64,000 nucleotides of DNA from Candidatus Eiseniibacteriota bacterium (GTDB taxonomy: Bacteria; Eisenbacteria; RBG-16-71-46): contig CAVUWA010000005.1 of the NCBI GenBank assembly GCA_963744995.1, forward strand, positions 96,001-160,000, in the 5' to 3' direction. Below, piece after piece: positions 28,242 to 37,887 of this stretch. Below the pieces are notes generated by a model, which was not told the origin of the DNA, did not search any database, and was given only the letters and a program-made list of their open reading frames with translations. Both the position numbers and the translations under genes were made by a program. Each line of letters starts with the position of its first letter. Position 1 is the first letter of the stretch.

Positions 28242-29833
28242 GGCGCGTCCGTCCCGGTGGCTGGTCGCTCGTCGCGATCGCCCTGGCACTTTGCGCCGCC
28301 TGCGTCCGCCCGGCGGCCGCGGCGGCCACCAAAGTCGAGGGCGAGTACCAGCTGATGCTCGACTCCCGCAAGGATCAGCGCTTCTTCCCGTGGGACTGGG
28401 ACAGCAACAACAACGACGAGTGGACCGGCGCCCAGCTGCGGCTGTTCTCGGTGCCGCGCAGCGGGGTCGAGGCGTTCCTCAAGTTCGAAGCCGACTGGAG
28501 CGACCCCAACAACAATACGCCGCGCCCGGTGTTCCAGTACCGCGAAGCCCACCTGCGCTACCGCTGGGACCTCGGCGGCAGGGGCTTCGACAGCTACCTG
28601 TTCTCGCGCCAGGATCGCTTCTGGGTGGACAACTACCTCATCAAGGTCGTCGAGAGCGGCCCGCTCACCGACGGCGGCAACGCGCAGGGCGTGCGCGTGG
28701 ACTCGTGGGGCTTCTGGGGCATCAACGCCACGGCCATCGCCTCGGATTTCAGCTCGCAGTTCAATCCCGTGAACGCGGAGGGCAACCCTTCACGCGGCTC
28801 GGTGGACAAGACCGACGACGCCTACGTGCTGCGCCTGCGCCGGGAGTTCCTCGACCAGAAGGCGCTCAGGCTGGGGTTCACGTTCAACCGCAAGAACGAG
28901 AACCAGATCAACGAGACCGTCGAGCGCGCCGAGGTCTACGCGGTGGACAGCCGCTACACCTGGGCCGGCCCGAAACTCGGTCCGCTCGACCTGTCGTCCA
29001 CGGACCTCGCGCTCGAGTACGCCGAGAGCCGCTCGCCGATCACCTCGGTCACCTATCCCGACGCCCAGGACCGCAAGCTCACCTTCTTCAAGAACTCCAC
29101 CGGCATCCACCTGCCCGATCGCGGGGTGCTGGTCGGTGAGATCCGCACGGTGCGCCTCGGTACGCCCGAGACCGGATACCTGAACGTCGCCCCGGTCTAC
29201 TGGAGCCGCGGCCCGCTGTGGGACAACCGCGCCGGCGCCTCGAACCGCGACGAGACCGGATTCACGATCAACACCTGGTACCTGCTCCCCGACCGCGCGA
29301 TCACGCTCACCAACAACTACGTGCGCTACAAGAAGCGCGCCTTCGAGAAGCGCGAGGACACCGAGTACTACAACGAGGTCTACATCGAGTTCGTGAACGG
29401 CTTCACCGGCAAGAGCTACTACCGCCAGCACGAGATCCTGCGCGACATCGGCGGGCTCCAGCAGACCGAGGATCACGACGACTGGTTCAACGAGCTGCAG
29501 GTCGAGAGCCGCCTCGCGTGGCTGCGCGTGCAGACCAAAGTCAAGGACGTCGGCACCCCGGCGCGCAAACAGCTCTACTCGATCGAAACCCGGCTGAACC
29601 TCACCGGGAAGCTGCAGCTCTACAACCGCTTCGCGTTCGGCAACGATCCCAGCATCCTGCGCAAGGGGCTGTTCTCGCAGCTGCGTTACCGGCCGAGCGG
29701 CAACATGGAAATGTTCATCGAATACGGGCCCTCGTGGATCGGCGACTCCGCGACCCCGGTGGACGACGGCGACCTCGAAGGCGGCGGGGACCAGACCGAC
29801 ATCTTCAAGTTCATCCTGAAAGGAACGTTCTGA
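28238..29833 (+). CDS. Putative outer-membrane beta-barrel protein
   Basis: Signal peptide, aromatic-rich alternating strands and C-terminal FKFILKGTF. Confidence 0.72.
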   Translation: MRRVRPGGWSLVAIALALCAACVRPAAAAATKVEGEYQLMLDSRKDQRFFPWDWDSNNNDEWTGAQLRLFSVPRSGVEAFLKFEADWSDPNNNTPRPVFQYREAHLRYRWDLGGRGFDSYLFSRQDRFWVDNYLIKVVESGPLTDGGNAQGVRVDSWGFWGINATAIASDFSSQFNPVNAEGNPSRGSVDKTDDAYVLRLRREFLDQKALRLGFTFNRKNENQINETVERAEVYAVDSRYTWAGPKLGPLDLSSTDLALEYAESRSPITSVTYPDAQDRKLTFFKNSTGIHLPDRGVLVGEIRTVRLGTPETGYLNVAPVYWSRGPLWDNRAGASNRDETGFTINTWYLLPDRAITLTNNYVRYKKRAFEKREDTEYYNEVYIEFVNGFTGKSYYRQHEILRDIGGLQQTEDHDDWFNELQVESRLAWLRVQTKVKDVGTPARKQLYSIETRLNLTGKLQLYNRFAFGNDPSILRKGLFSQLRYRPSGNMEMFIEYGPSWIGDSATPVDDGDLEGGGDQTDIFKFILKGTF

Positions 29834-32016
29834 TGCGGCAGATCGTGGCAGCGACCGGTGCCCGGCCCGTCCGCACGGGACGCCGGGCGGCCGCCTGGCG
29901 GCTCGCGCTGGCGCTGGGCGCGCTGTGGGCTCTCGCGCCCGGCGCCGCGGCGGCGGCACCAGCTTCGGTGCCGGGCGGCATCCGCTTCACCTACTCTGAC
30001 CCCGGCGCGAGCGCGGTGTACTGGGCCGGCGAGTTCAACGGCTGGAACGCCACTGCCACCCCGCTCACCAGGGGCGCGGACGGCGTCTGGTCGGTGGTCG
30101 TGGCGCTGCCGCCCGGGGAACACCAGTACAAGTTCGTCGTGGATGGCCAGTGGTTCGCCGACCCGGAGAATCCGGTCACGGGCGGCGACTTCGGCAACAG
30201 CGTCGTCACGGTCGGCGCAGACGGCAAACTCGCCGAGATGAAGGCCACCTCGAACACGCCGTACAGTCCGAAGATCTTCATGGGCGGGCGCATGATCGGC
30301 CTCTACCTGAGCCGCGAATCGACCGCGAACCACCGCTTCGAGCTGCGCCGCCCGAACATGGACATCGATCTCGACTTCGACATCCGCATCTCGGATGTGC
30401 TGTCGGCCCGCTTCCTGATGAACATCAACAGCGAGACCGAAAACGTCGAATTCTACCGCTCGCGTCTGAACTTCGACCGCGGCCATCTGCTGTTCCACCA
30501 GCCGAACCTCGAGATCTACGGCTGGGACAACGAGAGCGTCGGCACCTGGAACGATCCGCTTCACCTGGTGGGCGACATCGGCATTTACGGCTATGGCTTC
30601 GGCTACCACCGCCAGGGCTTCAGCGCGCGGCCGAAGTGGGGCGGCTTCGAGACCGAGCTGATCTACGCCGACAACTTCGACCCGGGCGGCACCGCCTACC
30701 CGGCGACGCCGCTGGCCGACAATGTGGTGTTGCCGATCGTGCCCAGGGGCGGCGGCTACGCGGTGGCGCCGGGCGGCTCGGCGCTGCTCAAGACGACCTC
30801 GGTGAGCGACGCCAACGAGGACGTGATCGCCGCGCGGATCCATCACGAGATCGTGCCGGGGCTCAAGGCCGGTGTGCTCGGGCGCACCGACCGCGGCTAC
30901 AACCTGACGAGTCTCGTTCAGGTCCAGGCAACCGGCGACAGCACCGTCACTGCGTTCGGCGGCAACTTCGAGCAGAGCTGGTTCGCGATCGGCGGCGACG
31001 CCACGTGGCGATCGCCGTGGGGCGTGGAGCTCCGAGGCGAGTACCTGCGCGGCGTCGAGCGTTACGTCGCCGTCAACGCGACGCGCCAGGCGGTCACGAT
31101 CACCACCCTCGACACCACCGGCGCGACGCTCGCCTACGGGCCATCCCTGACCGCCAACGGCGACCACCTGAACGACGACGAGAGCAACCGTTTCCACCTG
31201 GGCGGCACCTGGACCGGCGCCGAGGGCGACATCACGGTGCGCGGCGCGATCCAGTACGAAGATCATTCGTACGGCCTCGAGCGGCAGGGCCTCGACAACT
31301 CGATGACGGTCTGGAGCGCGGGCTGGGATCGCAACTGGCGCTATTATCTGAACCGGGAGGTCAAGACCACGATCGACTTCGAGTACACGGCCTTCGACTA
31401 CGATCCGGCCACGCCCTGGAGCTCCCAGCTGTGGTTCCCGACCGGCAACTTCTGGCTGGAGGGCGGCGAGCACAAGGTGCGCTTCGACCGCATGGGCCTG
31501 CTCGGCGGCAACGACGTCGTGACCTGGCAGCCGCGGCTCGAGGTTCCGGTGTTCCGCACCCGCAACGTGACGTTCGAGTACGCGGGAACCTTCGACGGTG
31601 TGAAACTCGGCAACCTGCCCGAGTACGCCGAATCGATCTTCCGCATCGGGCTGGACGTGACGCCGCGCCTGCGTTTCTCGACCGATTCGCGCTGGGTCAA
31701 GTACGACAACCCGGCGCTCGGGCTGTTTGCGGGCTACATGAGCCACTTCGCCGACTTCACCTACACGTTCGGACCGGGCGTGACCGTTTCGCTGTCGGCG
31801 GGCGTGGATCCATGGGTCCTCGACCCGGTGACCAACGAATACGGCAACATCGGCCGCGACGCGTTTCTGTTCGACCGCGGCGCCACCGGCGCCCGCGCCG
31901 AAACGAACTATTACAGTCTGGGGACGTTCGACGGCACCCCGGGCCTCATCGACCAGGCCGAGCGCACGCTCGAGAAGGAACGTCGCGTGCAGGTCGAAGC
32001 GATCGTGAGGTTCTGA
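29833..32016 (+). CDS. CBM48 (AMPK-type glycogen-binding) domain fused to a putative outer-membrane beta-barrel
   Basis: AGEFNGW..GVWSVVVALPPGEHQYKFVVDGQW..DPENP, then a barrel-like region ending VQVEAIVRF. Confidence 0.8.
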   Translation: MRQIVAATGARPVRTGRRAAAWRLALALGALWALAPGAAAAAPASVPGGIRFTYSDPGASAVYWAGEFNGWNATATPLTRGADGVWSVVVALPPGEHQYKFVVDGQWFADPENPVTGGDFGNSVVTVGADGKLAEMKATSNTPYSPKIFMGGRMIGLYLSRESTANHRFELRRPNMDIDLDFDIRISDVLSARFLMNINSETENVEFYRSRLNFDRGHLLFHQPNLEIYGWDNESVGTWNDPLHLVGDIGIYGYGFGYHRQGFSARPKWGGFETELIYADNFDPGGTAYPATPLADNVVLPIVPRGGGYAVAPGGSALLKTTSVSDANEDVIAARIHHEIVPGLKAGVLGRTDRGYNLTSLVQVQATGDSTVTAFGGNFEQSWFAIGGDATWRSPWGVELRGEYLRGVERYVAVNATRQAVTITTLDTTGATLAYGPSLTANGDHLNDDESNRFHLGGTWTGAEGDITVRGAIQYEDHSYGLERQGLDNSMTVWSAGWDRNWRYYLNREVKTTIDFEYTAFDYDPATPWSSQLWFPTGNFWLEGGEHKVRFDRMGLLGGNDVVTWQPRLEVPVFRTRNVTFEYAGTFDGVKLGNLPEYAESIFRIGLDVTPRLRFSTDSRWVKYDNPALGLFAGYMSHFADFTYTFGPGVTVSLSAGVDPWVLDPVTNEYGNIGRDAFLFDRGATGARAETNYYSLGTFDGTPGLIDQAERTLEKERRVQVEAIVRF

Positions 32017-32018
32017 TC

Positions 32019-32441
32019 ATGCACAACCGCTCCGCATCCCTTCGCGCGCTCCGGCCGCTCGCCGCCGTCTTCGCGCTGGCACTCGTCATCGCCGGCTGCT
32101 CGCAGCTCGGCTTCATCAAGCGCCGCCTGCCGCCGCCCGAGGCGGTCAACGGCAAGGTGACGTTTCGCTTCGAGGCGCCGTCGGCGCAGACGGTGCAGCT
32201 CGCCGGCAACTGGCCGTGGAACAACTGGCTCGGCGGCCAGGCGCAGACCGGCAGCTTCCTGGTCGGCGAGATGCAGGACCCCGACGGCGACGGCATCTGG
32301 ACGCGCACCGAAGAGCTGCCGCCGGGCCGCTACGAGTACAAGTTCGTGATCGACCGCACGAGCTGGAAGGAAGACCCGAACAACCCGCAGCGCGTGGACG
32401 ACGGCTACGGGGGGTTCAATTCCCTGCTGATCGTGAAATGA
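32019..32441 (+). CDS. Lipoprotein with a single CBM48-like domain
   Basis: Lipobox IAGC; GIWTRTEELPPGRYEYKFVID..DDGYGGFNS. Confidence 0.85.
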   Translation: MHNRSASLRALRPLAAVFALALVIAGCSQLGFIKRRLPPPEAVNGKVTFRFEAPSAQTVQLAGNWPWNNWLGGQAQTGSFLVGEMQDPDGDGIWTRTEELPPGRYEYKFVIDRTSWKEDPNNPQRVDDGYGGFNSLLIVK

Positions 32442-32452
32442 GGCCGAGACCG

Positions 32453-33901
32453 ATGACCCGCACGACATCGCGCCTGCGGCGCGTCTCCCGCTCGCTCGCC
32501 GCGCTCGCGCTCCTCGCCGCGCTGTTCGCCCTGGTCGGCTGCGGCCGCAACGTGGCGACCCTGTTCCTGGCCCCGAGCGGCGAGCGGCCCGTGCCCGCCA
32601 CCGGCGCCGTGAGCGGCACGCTCGACTTCGGCACGCCCGGCACGTACCCGCAGAGCCTCGTGCTCATGGCCCGGGTGCGCGACCCGAATTGCATTTCCTC
32701 CTACAGCAGCATCAAGGTCGTGGGCACCAACACCGACCCGATCTTCAACGTGGCCACCGCCCCCGCGCTCACCCAGCTGGCGCCGTGCGTGTGGGTCGAC
32801 ACGCTCACGCTGGTCGCCGCGCGGATCACCGGCACGTTCGAGTGGAAGTTCGTCACCAACGACGCGTTCGACAATCCGCCCGACTATTCGACCACCGACG
32901 GCAGCCAGATCGACGGGCTCGAGAACTCGCTGGCCTTCGCCTCGCCCGGCAGCGCGAACCTCGACGCCGACGTGCCGGCCGACTTCCTCGACCACACGCT
33001 GGTCTGTCTGCTCGACGAGTCGGCGAGCCCGCCGAACTATGCGTTCAGGAGGATCGAGGACGCCGCGGCCGCCTTCTCGAGCACGGCCGACGGCCGCTTC
33101 ACGATCTCGGGCCTCGTGCCCGGCACGTACAACCTGCGCGTGCGCCCGCCGACGGGCGCCCCGGTCAACATGACCGTCACCGTCGGCAACGCGAACGTGG
33201 ACCTCGGCACGGTGCAGGTCGGCGCCCCGGCGGGCAGCATCTCGGGTCAGCTCGAGTTCGACCCGGCGCTGTTCCCGGACATGGCCGCTGCGCCCTGGCC
33301 GCCGGTCAAGGTGCAGCTCTACCAGGGTGGTATCCTCCAGGAAGAGTTCACCACCTCCCGCACCGACAGAACGTTCTCGTTCGGCAACCTGCCGGCGGGC
33401 GACTACAAGGTGCGTGCGGACGCCAACCTGTTCGCACCGGATTCCGCGGACGTGACGGTGAGCGCCGGCAACGTCGACGCCGGCACGCTCACGCTCGCCG
33501 CCGACTTCAACGAGCTGGCGAGCGACATGCACGTCGCCGGCGACTTCAACGATTTCACGCTCGCCGACTCGACGCGGATGGCGCTGACCGCGATCCCGCA
33601 GGGCTCGACGCAGCTGGTCTGGCAGTACACTCCGAGCCATCCGATCGCTGCCGGTACCTACAACATGAAGTTCGTCACCGACGCCGCGTTCGACAACCCC
33701 ACCGACTACGGTGGCGACGAGAGTCAGACGATCCAGGTGCCGGTCACGAACGCGCCGACGTCGCTGGTGTCCGGATTCGGCACGGCGATCAAGCTGCAGT
33801 TCACCGCGGCCGGGACCTACCTGTTCACGCTCGACGAGCGACGGCAGACGTTCTCGATCGAAACGGCCCCCGCGCCCCGGCTCTCGGCCGGGAGGAGATG
33901 A
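32453..33901 (+). CDS. Lipoprotein with SusE/F-like carbohydrate-binding and carboxypeptidase-regulatory-like domains
   Basis: Lipobox LVGC; duplicated KFVTxxAFDNPxDY; DGRFTISGLVPGTY, FSFGNLPAGDY and AGTYLFTLD. Confidence 0.7.
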   Translation: MTRTTSRLRRVSRSLAALALLAALFALVGCGRNVATLFLAPSGERPVPATGAVSGTLDFGTPGTYPQSLVLMARVRDPNCISSYSSIKVVGTNTDPIFNVATAPALTQLAPCVWVDTLTLVAARITGTFEWKFVTNDAFDNPPDYSTTDGSQIDGLENSLAFASPGSANLDADVPADFLDHTLVCLLDESASPPNYAFRRIEDAAAAFSSTADGRFTISGLVPGTYNLRVRPPTGAPVNMTVTVGNANVDLGTVQVGAPAGSISGQLEFDPALFPDMAAAPWPPVKVQLYQGGILQEEFTTSRTDRTFSFGNLPAGDYKVRADANLFAPDSADVTVSAGNVDAGTLTLAADFNELASDMHVAGDFNDFTLADSTRMALTAIPQGSTQLVWQYTPSHPIAAGTYNMKFVTDAAFDNPTDYGGDESQTIQVPVTNAPTSLVSGFGTAIKLQFTAAGTYLFTLDERRQTFSIETAPAPRLSAGRR

Positions 33902-33905
33902 GACG

Positions 33906-35012
33906 ATGCGAATCCTGACGATGGCGGCCGTTCTCGCGCTGGCGGCCCCGGGGCTCTCCGGATGCGCCGGCGGCTGGCGCAACGGCGCTCCGCCCGGAGC
34001 GGAGCCGGCCGCCGCGAAGGCCCGGGCCACGGGCACGGCCGCGGCGGCGAACAGCTCCAAAGGCCCTGCCGCGGGCGCGGACGGCGTCACCTTCCGCTAC
34101 GAGGGCACGGCTCAGACCGTGGCGCTGGCCGGCGAGTTCAACGGCTGGTCCACGACTGCCGATCCGCTGACGAAGGGCGCCGACGGCACCTGGACGATCA
34201 CGAAGGACCTCGCCCCCGGCCGCTACCCCTACAAGTTCGTGATCGACGGCACGACGTGGAAGGAAGATCCGAACGCTGCCGAGACCGTGGACGACGGCTA
34301 CGGCGGCAAGAATTCGCTCGTCGTGGTCGGCGAGGGCGGAAAGGCCGCGCCCGCTGCGGCGCCGAAAGCGCAGGCGCCCGCCGGAGCGGCCGTACGGGCC
34401 CCCGGCGCGGGCGGCGTCACCTTCCAGTATTCGGGCCCCGGCAGCAGCGTGGCGCTGGCCGGCGAGTTCAACGGCTGGTCCACGACCGCCGATCCGCTGA
34501 CGAAGGGCGCCGATGGCACCTGGACGATCACGAAGAACCTCGCCCCCGGCCGCTACCCCTACAAGTTCGTGATCGACGGCACGACGTGGAAGGAAGATCC
34601 GAACGCCGCCGAATCGGTGGACGACGGCTACGGCGGCAAGAATTCGCTCGTCGTGGTCGGCGAGGGCGCCGGCGGTGCCGCGGGCGGCACGGCCGCAGCG
34701 GCGGGGGGCGAAGCGAACGGCGGCGGCGCCGAAGGCCGCGCCCCCGAGATCACGCCCGACGGCGTGCGCTTCTACTTCCCCGGCAGCCACAGGAGCGTGG
34801 CGCTCGCCGGAGACTTCAACGCCTGGTCCACGACCGCGGATCCGATGAAGGTCGGACCCGACGGGCTGTGGACGATCCTGAAACCGCTCGAGCCCGGCAC
34901 CTACGGCTACAAATTCGTGGTCGACGGCACCACCTGGAAGACCGACGAAGCCAACCCCGAGGCCGTCGACGACGGCTTCGGCGGCAAGAACTCCGTCATC
35001 ACCGTGAAGTGA
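33906..35012 (+). CDS. Lipoprotein with three tandem CBM48-like domains
   Basis: Lipobox LSGC; three VALAG(E/D)FNxW..YKFV(I/V)DGTTWK..DDG(Y/F)GGKNS repeats. Confidence 0.9.
   Translation: MRILTMAAVLALAAPGLSGCAGGWRNGAPPGAEPAAAKARATGTAAAANSSKGPAAGADGVTFRYEGTAQTVALAGEFNGWSTTADPLTKGADGTWTITKDLAPGRYPYKFVIDGTTWKEDPNAAETVDDGYGGKNSLVVVGEGGKAAPAAAPKAQAPAGAAVRAPGAGGVTFQYSGPGSSVALAGEFNGWSTTADPLTKGADGTWTITKNLAPGRYPYKFVIDGTTWKEDPNAAESVDDGYGGKNSLVVVGEGAGGAAGGTAAAAGGEANGGGAEGRAPEITPDGVRFYFPGSHRSVALAGDFNAWSTTADPMKVGPDGLWTILKPLEPGTYGYKFVVDGTTWKTDEANPEAVDDGFGGKNSVITVK
34118..34668 (+). repeat. Intragenic 221-bp tandem duplication (34118-34338 and 34448-34668)
   Basis: About 7 mismatches over 221 nt, offset 330. 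Confidence 0.9.
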
Positions 35013-35095
35013 TCCCGGCCGGAGGGCGCGCCCGCGCGGCGCGCCCCCGGGCCGGGCCCCCACCCGGTCCGCCGGCCCTCATCGAGGAGTCCAGC

Positions 35096-37792
35096 ATGCA
35101 CACCCTCCGCCACGCCCTTCGCGCGTTCCGGCACGCCGCGTTCGCGAGCTTCGCCCTGGTGGCTCTCACCGCGACGGCGTGGGCGACGCCGGTCACGTTC
35201 CGCTACCAGCCCGTCATCGGCGGGGTGTCCTCGGTGAGCGTCGCCGGCTCATTCAACGGCTGGGACGCCGCCGCCAACCCGCTCGAGGACGACGACAAGG
35301 ACGGCATCTGGGAAGCCACGATCGACCTTCCCGAATCACGAATCACCTACAAGTTCGTGGTGAACGGCGACCAATGGTTCGCCGACGACTTCGCCGAGGA
35401 CGGTGAGCCGGATGGCTTCGGCGGACAGAACTCCGTGGTGAACGTGGGCAAGGATCCGCTCACGGTCGGCGTCGGCTCGTCGTTCGCGAAGAAGGCCGAG
35501 GCGCCGGCCGCGGTCGGGCTCCGGCAGGTGACGTTCAAGTTCAAGCCGCCCGGGACGCCGCAGCAGGTGTCGATCGCCGGCTCGTTCAACGACTGGACCG
35601 TCGGCAAGAACCTCCTGGGTGATCCGGACGGCGACGGCACGTGGACCGCCACGCTGCTGCTTTCCCCCGGCGACTATCAGTACAAGTTCGTGGTCGGCGC
35701 CGACGGCTGGACCCAGGACAAGGAGGGCCAGGACGCCGAGACGGACGACGGCTACGGCGGCAAGAACTCGATCATCCACGTGGACGACCGCTTCCCGGCC
35801 GTCGAGGTCGCAAAGGGCGACGGCAAGGTGTTCGCCGACGGCCTCACGCACACCCAGGCGGCGAACGAGGTCAACCATCTGGGCGGCGGCCACGTGGAGT
35901 TCACGGCGCGCGCGCACCTGGGCGACGTCGAGGGCGTGGATCTGGTCACCTGGGAGGGCGGCCGGCGCACGGTGCACCCGATGCGCGAGGTGAATCGCGA
36001 CCGGGTGTTCGCCTACTTCCGCACGGAGGTCGCGCTGCCGTCCGGCGAGACCCCGTACGTGATCCGCTACCGCGACGGTGGCACGACGTACGACCTGACG
36101 ACGCACGGGCTGGTGAAAGGCGAGGCCGCGACCGGCGACGCGTTCACGTTCAGCGCGGCCAGGTTCCCGGCGTTCGAGACTCCGGACTGGGTGAAGAACG
36201 CGATCATCTACCAGATTTTCCCCGACCGGTTCAGGAACGGCGACCCGTCGAACGACCAGGACTTCCACGAGTGGTACTACAAGGGCAAGACGACGCTGCC
36301 GCCGGGGGGCAAGCTCAACACCGACTACCAGGAGTACTACCACCTGGTGAAGGACTGGAGCGACTACAAGGCGCTCACCCAGTGCCCGTGGACGCCCGAC
36401 GGACGCGACTGGATGGCCTTCTACGGCGGCGACATCGAGGGCGTGCGCCAGAAGCTCGACTACCTGCACGACCTTGGCGTCACGGCGATCTACTTCAACC
36501 CGATCTTCGAGGCCAAGTCCACGCACAAGTACGACGGCGCCGACTACATGAAGGTGGATCCGCACTTCGGCACCAACGCACAGTTCAAGACGTTCGTGCA
36601 GGAGGCGCGGGCGAAGGGTATCCACATCATTCTCGACATCGTCTACAACCACACCGGCAACGCGCACTGGGCGTTCCACGACGCCGAGGAAAAGGGCAAG
36701 GCGAGCCCCTACTATGACTGGTACGAGTTCAAGAAGTGGCCGCTGCCGGACGGCTGGCCGAACGTGGGCCATCCGTGGAAGCCGGCCGACTACTACTACT
36801 GCTGGTGGGGCTTCGGCGACCTGCCCGACCTGAACTTCGACCTGTCGCGCAACAACGACGCCGAGAAGACCGTGCGCGACGTGAAGGACGCGCAGGTCAA
36901 CGTCGCGCTGGTCAAACATCTGCTCGACGCCACCGAGTTCTGGCTCAAGGACATAGACGTGGACGGCGTGCGGCTCGACGTGCCGAACGAGGTCCCCTAC
37001 TGGTTCTGGAAGCTGTTCAACCAGCGCGTCAAGCAGGTGAAGCCCGACGCCTACATCGTCGGCGAGCTATGGGGCAACGCGTCCGACTACGTGCGCCCGG
37101 GCGTCTACGACGCGGTGATGAACTACGCGTTCTTCCGAGATCCCGTGCAGCGCTTCCTGGGCCTCGGCCAGGGCACCGCGGCCGAGTTCGACGCTACGCT
37201 GGCGACCGGGCGGCTCACATACCCGACCCAGGCGGTCGAGTGCCAGATGAACCTGATCGATTCGCACGACACCGTGCGCTTCCTGACCCAGGTCGGCGGC
37301 AACGTCAAGCGGTTGAAACTGGCGGCGATGTTCGGGATGACCTACATCGGCGCGCCGCACATCTACTACGGCGACGAGATCGGCATGGAGGGCGGCCGCG
37401 ACCCCGACTGCCGGCGGCCGTTCGTCTGGGACTACGCGAAGGAACCCGCGCGCGTCGCACTGCTCGACTACTACCGGAAGCTCACCCACGCGCGGCTCGC
37501 CCACCAGGCGCTGCGCACCGGCGATTTCACCACCGTTGCGACGGCAGGAAAGGTCTTCGGCTTCGTCAGGAGCGGCGACGGCGAGCAGTTCCTGGTGGGC
37601 CTCAATGCCGGCGGCCAGCCGGCGACGATGGCGTTCGACACGACCCCGTGGGGCGGCAGCGTCGAGGCCGTCGACCTGCTCAGCGGCGAGAAGTTGGCGT
37701 GGAAGGGCAGCGTTCAGGTGTCGCTCCCGGCCGAATCCGGACGGCTGTTCCAGCTGACGAAACCGTCGGGCGCGGTGGGCGCGAAGCGGTAG
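35096..37792 (+). CDS. Secreted GH13 alpha-amylase/neopullulanase-like enzyme with two N-terminal CBM48 domains
   Basis: IYQIFPDRF, GGDIEG, LDIVYNH, DGVRLDVPNE, GELW, NLIDSHDT and YYGDEIG; signal peptide. Confidence 0.95.
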   Translation: MHTLRHALRAFRHAAFASFALVALTATAWATPVTFRYQPVIGGVSSVSVAGSFNGWDAAANPLEDDDKDGIWEATIDLPESRITYKFVVNGDQWFADDFAEDGEPDGFGGQNSVVNVGKDPLTVGVGSSFAKKAEAPAAVGLRQVTFKFKPPGTPQQVSIAGSFNDWTVGKNLLGDPDGDGTWTATLLLSPGDYQYKFVVGADGWTQDKEGQDAETDDGYGGKNSIIHVDDRFPAVEVAKGDGKVFADGLTHTQAANEVNHLGGGHVEFTARAHLGDVEGVDLVTWEGGRRTVHPMREVNRDRVFAYFRTEVALPSGETPYVIRYRDGGTTYDLTTHGLVKGEAATGDAFTFSAARFPAFETPDWVKNAIIYQIFPDRFRNGDPSNDQDFHEWYYKGKTTLPPGGKLNTDYQEYYHLVKDWSDYKALTQCPWTPDGRDWMAFYGGDIEGVRQKLDYLHDLGVTAIYFNPIFEAKSTHKYDGADYMKVDPHFGTNAQFKTFVQEARAKGIHIILDIVYNHTGNAHWAFHDAEEKGKASPYYDWYEFKKWPLPDGWPNVGHPWKPADYYYCWWGFGDLPDLNFDLSRNNDAEKTVRDVKDAQVNVALVKHLLDATEFWLKDIDVDGVRLDVPNEVPYWFWKLFNQRVKQVKPDAYIVGELWGNASDYVRPGVYDAVMNYAFFRDPVQRFLGLGQGTAAEFDATLATGRLTYPTQAVECQMNLIDSHDTVRFLTQVGGNVKRLKLAAMFGMTYIGAPHIYYGDEIGMEGGRDPDCRRPFVWDYAKEPARVALLDYYRKLTHARLAHQALRTGDFTTVATAGKVFGFVRSGDGEQFLVGLNAGGQPATMAFDTTPWGGSVEAVDLLSGEKLAWKGSVQVSLPAESGRLFQLTKPSGAVGAKR

Positions 37793-37808
37793 CCGCCCGG
37801 TGGCGGAG

Positions 37809-37848
37809 GCGCAGGGCCCGGCGCATTGGATGCGCCGGGCCCCTGCGC
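37809..37848 (+). terminator. Long GC stem-loop ending the alpha-glucan operon
   Basis: gcgcagggcccggcgcat-tgg-atgcgccgggcccctgcgc. Confidence 0.6.
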
Positions 37849-37887
37849 TAGGATGACGCAACGTTCGTCCAAGCCGGAGGAGGGCAA

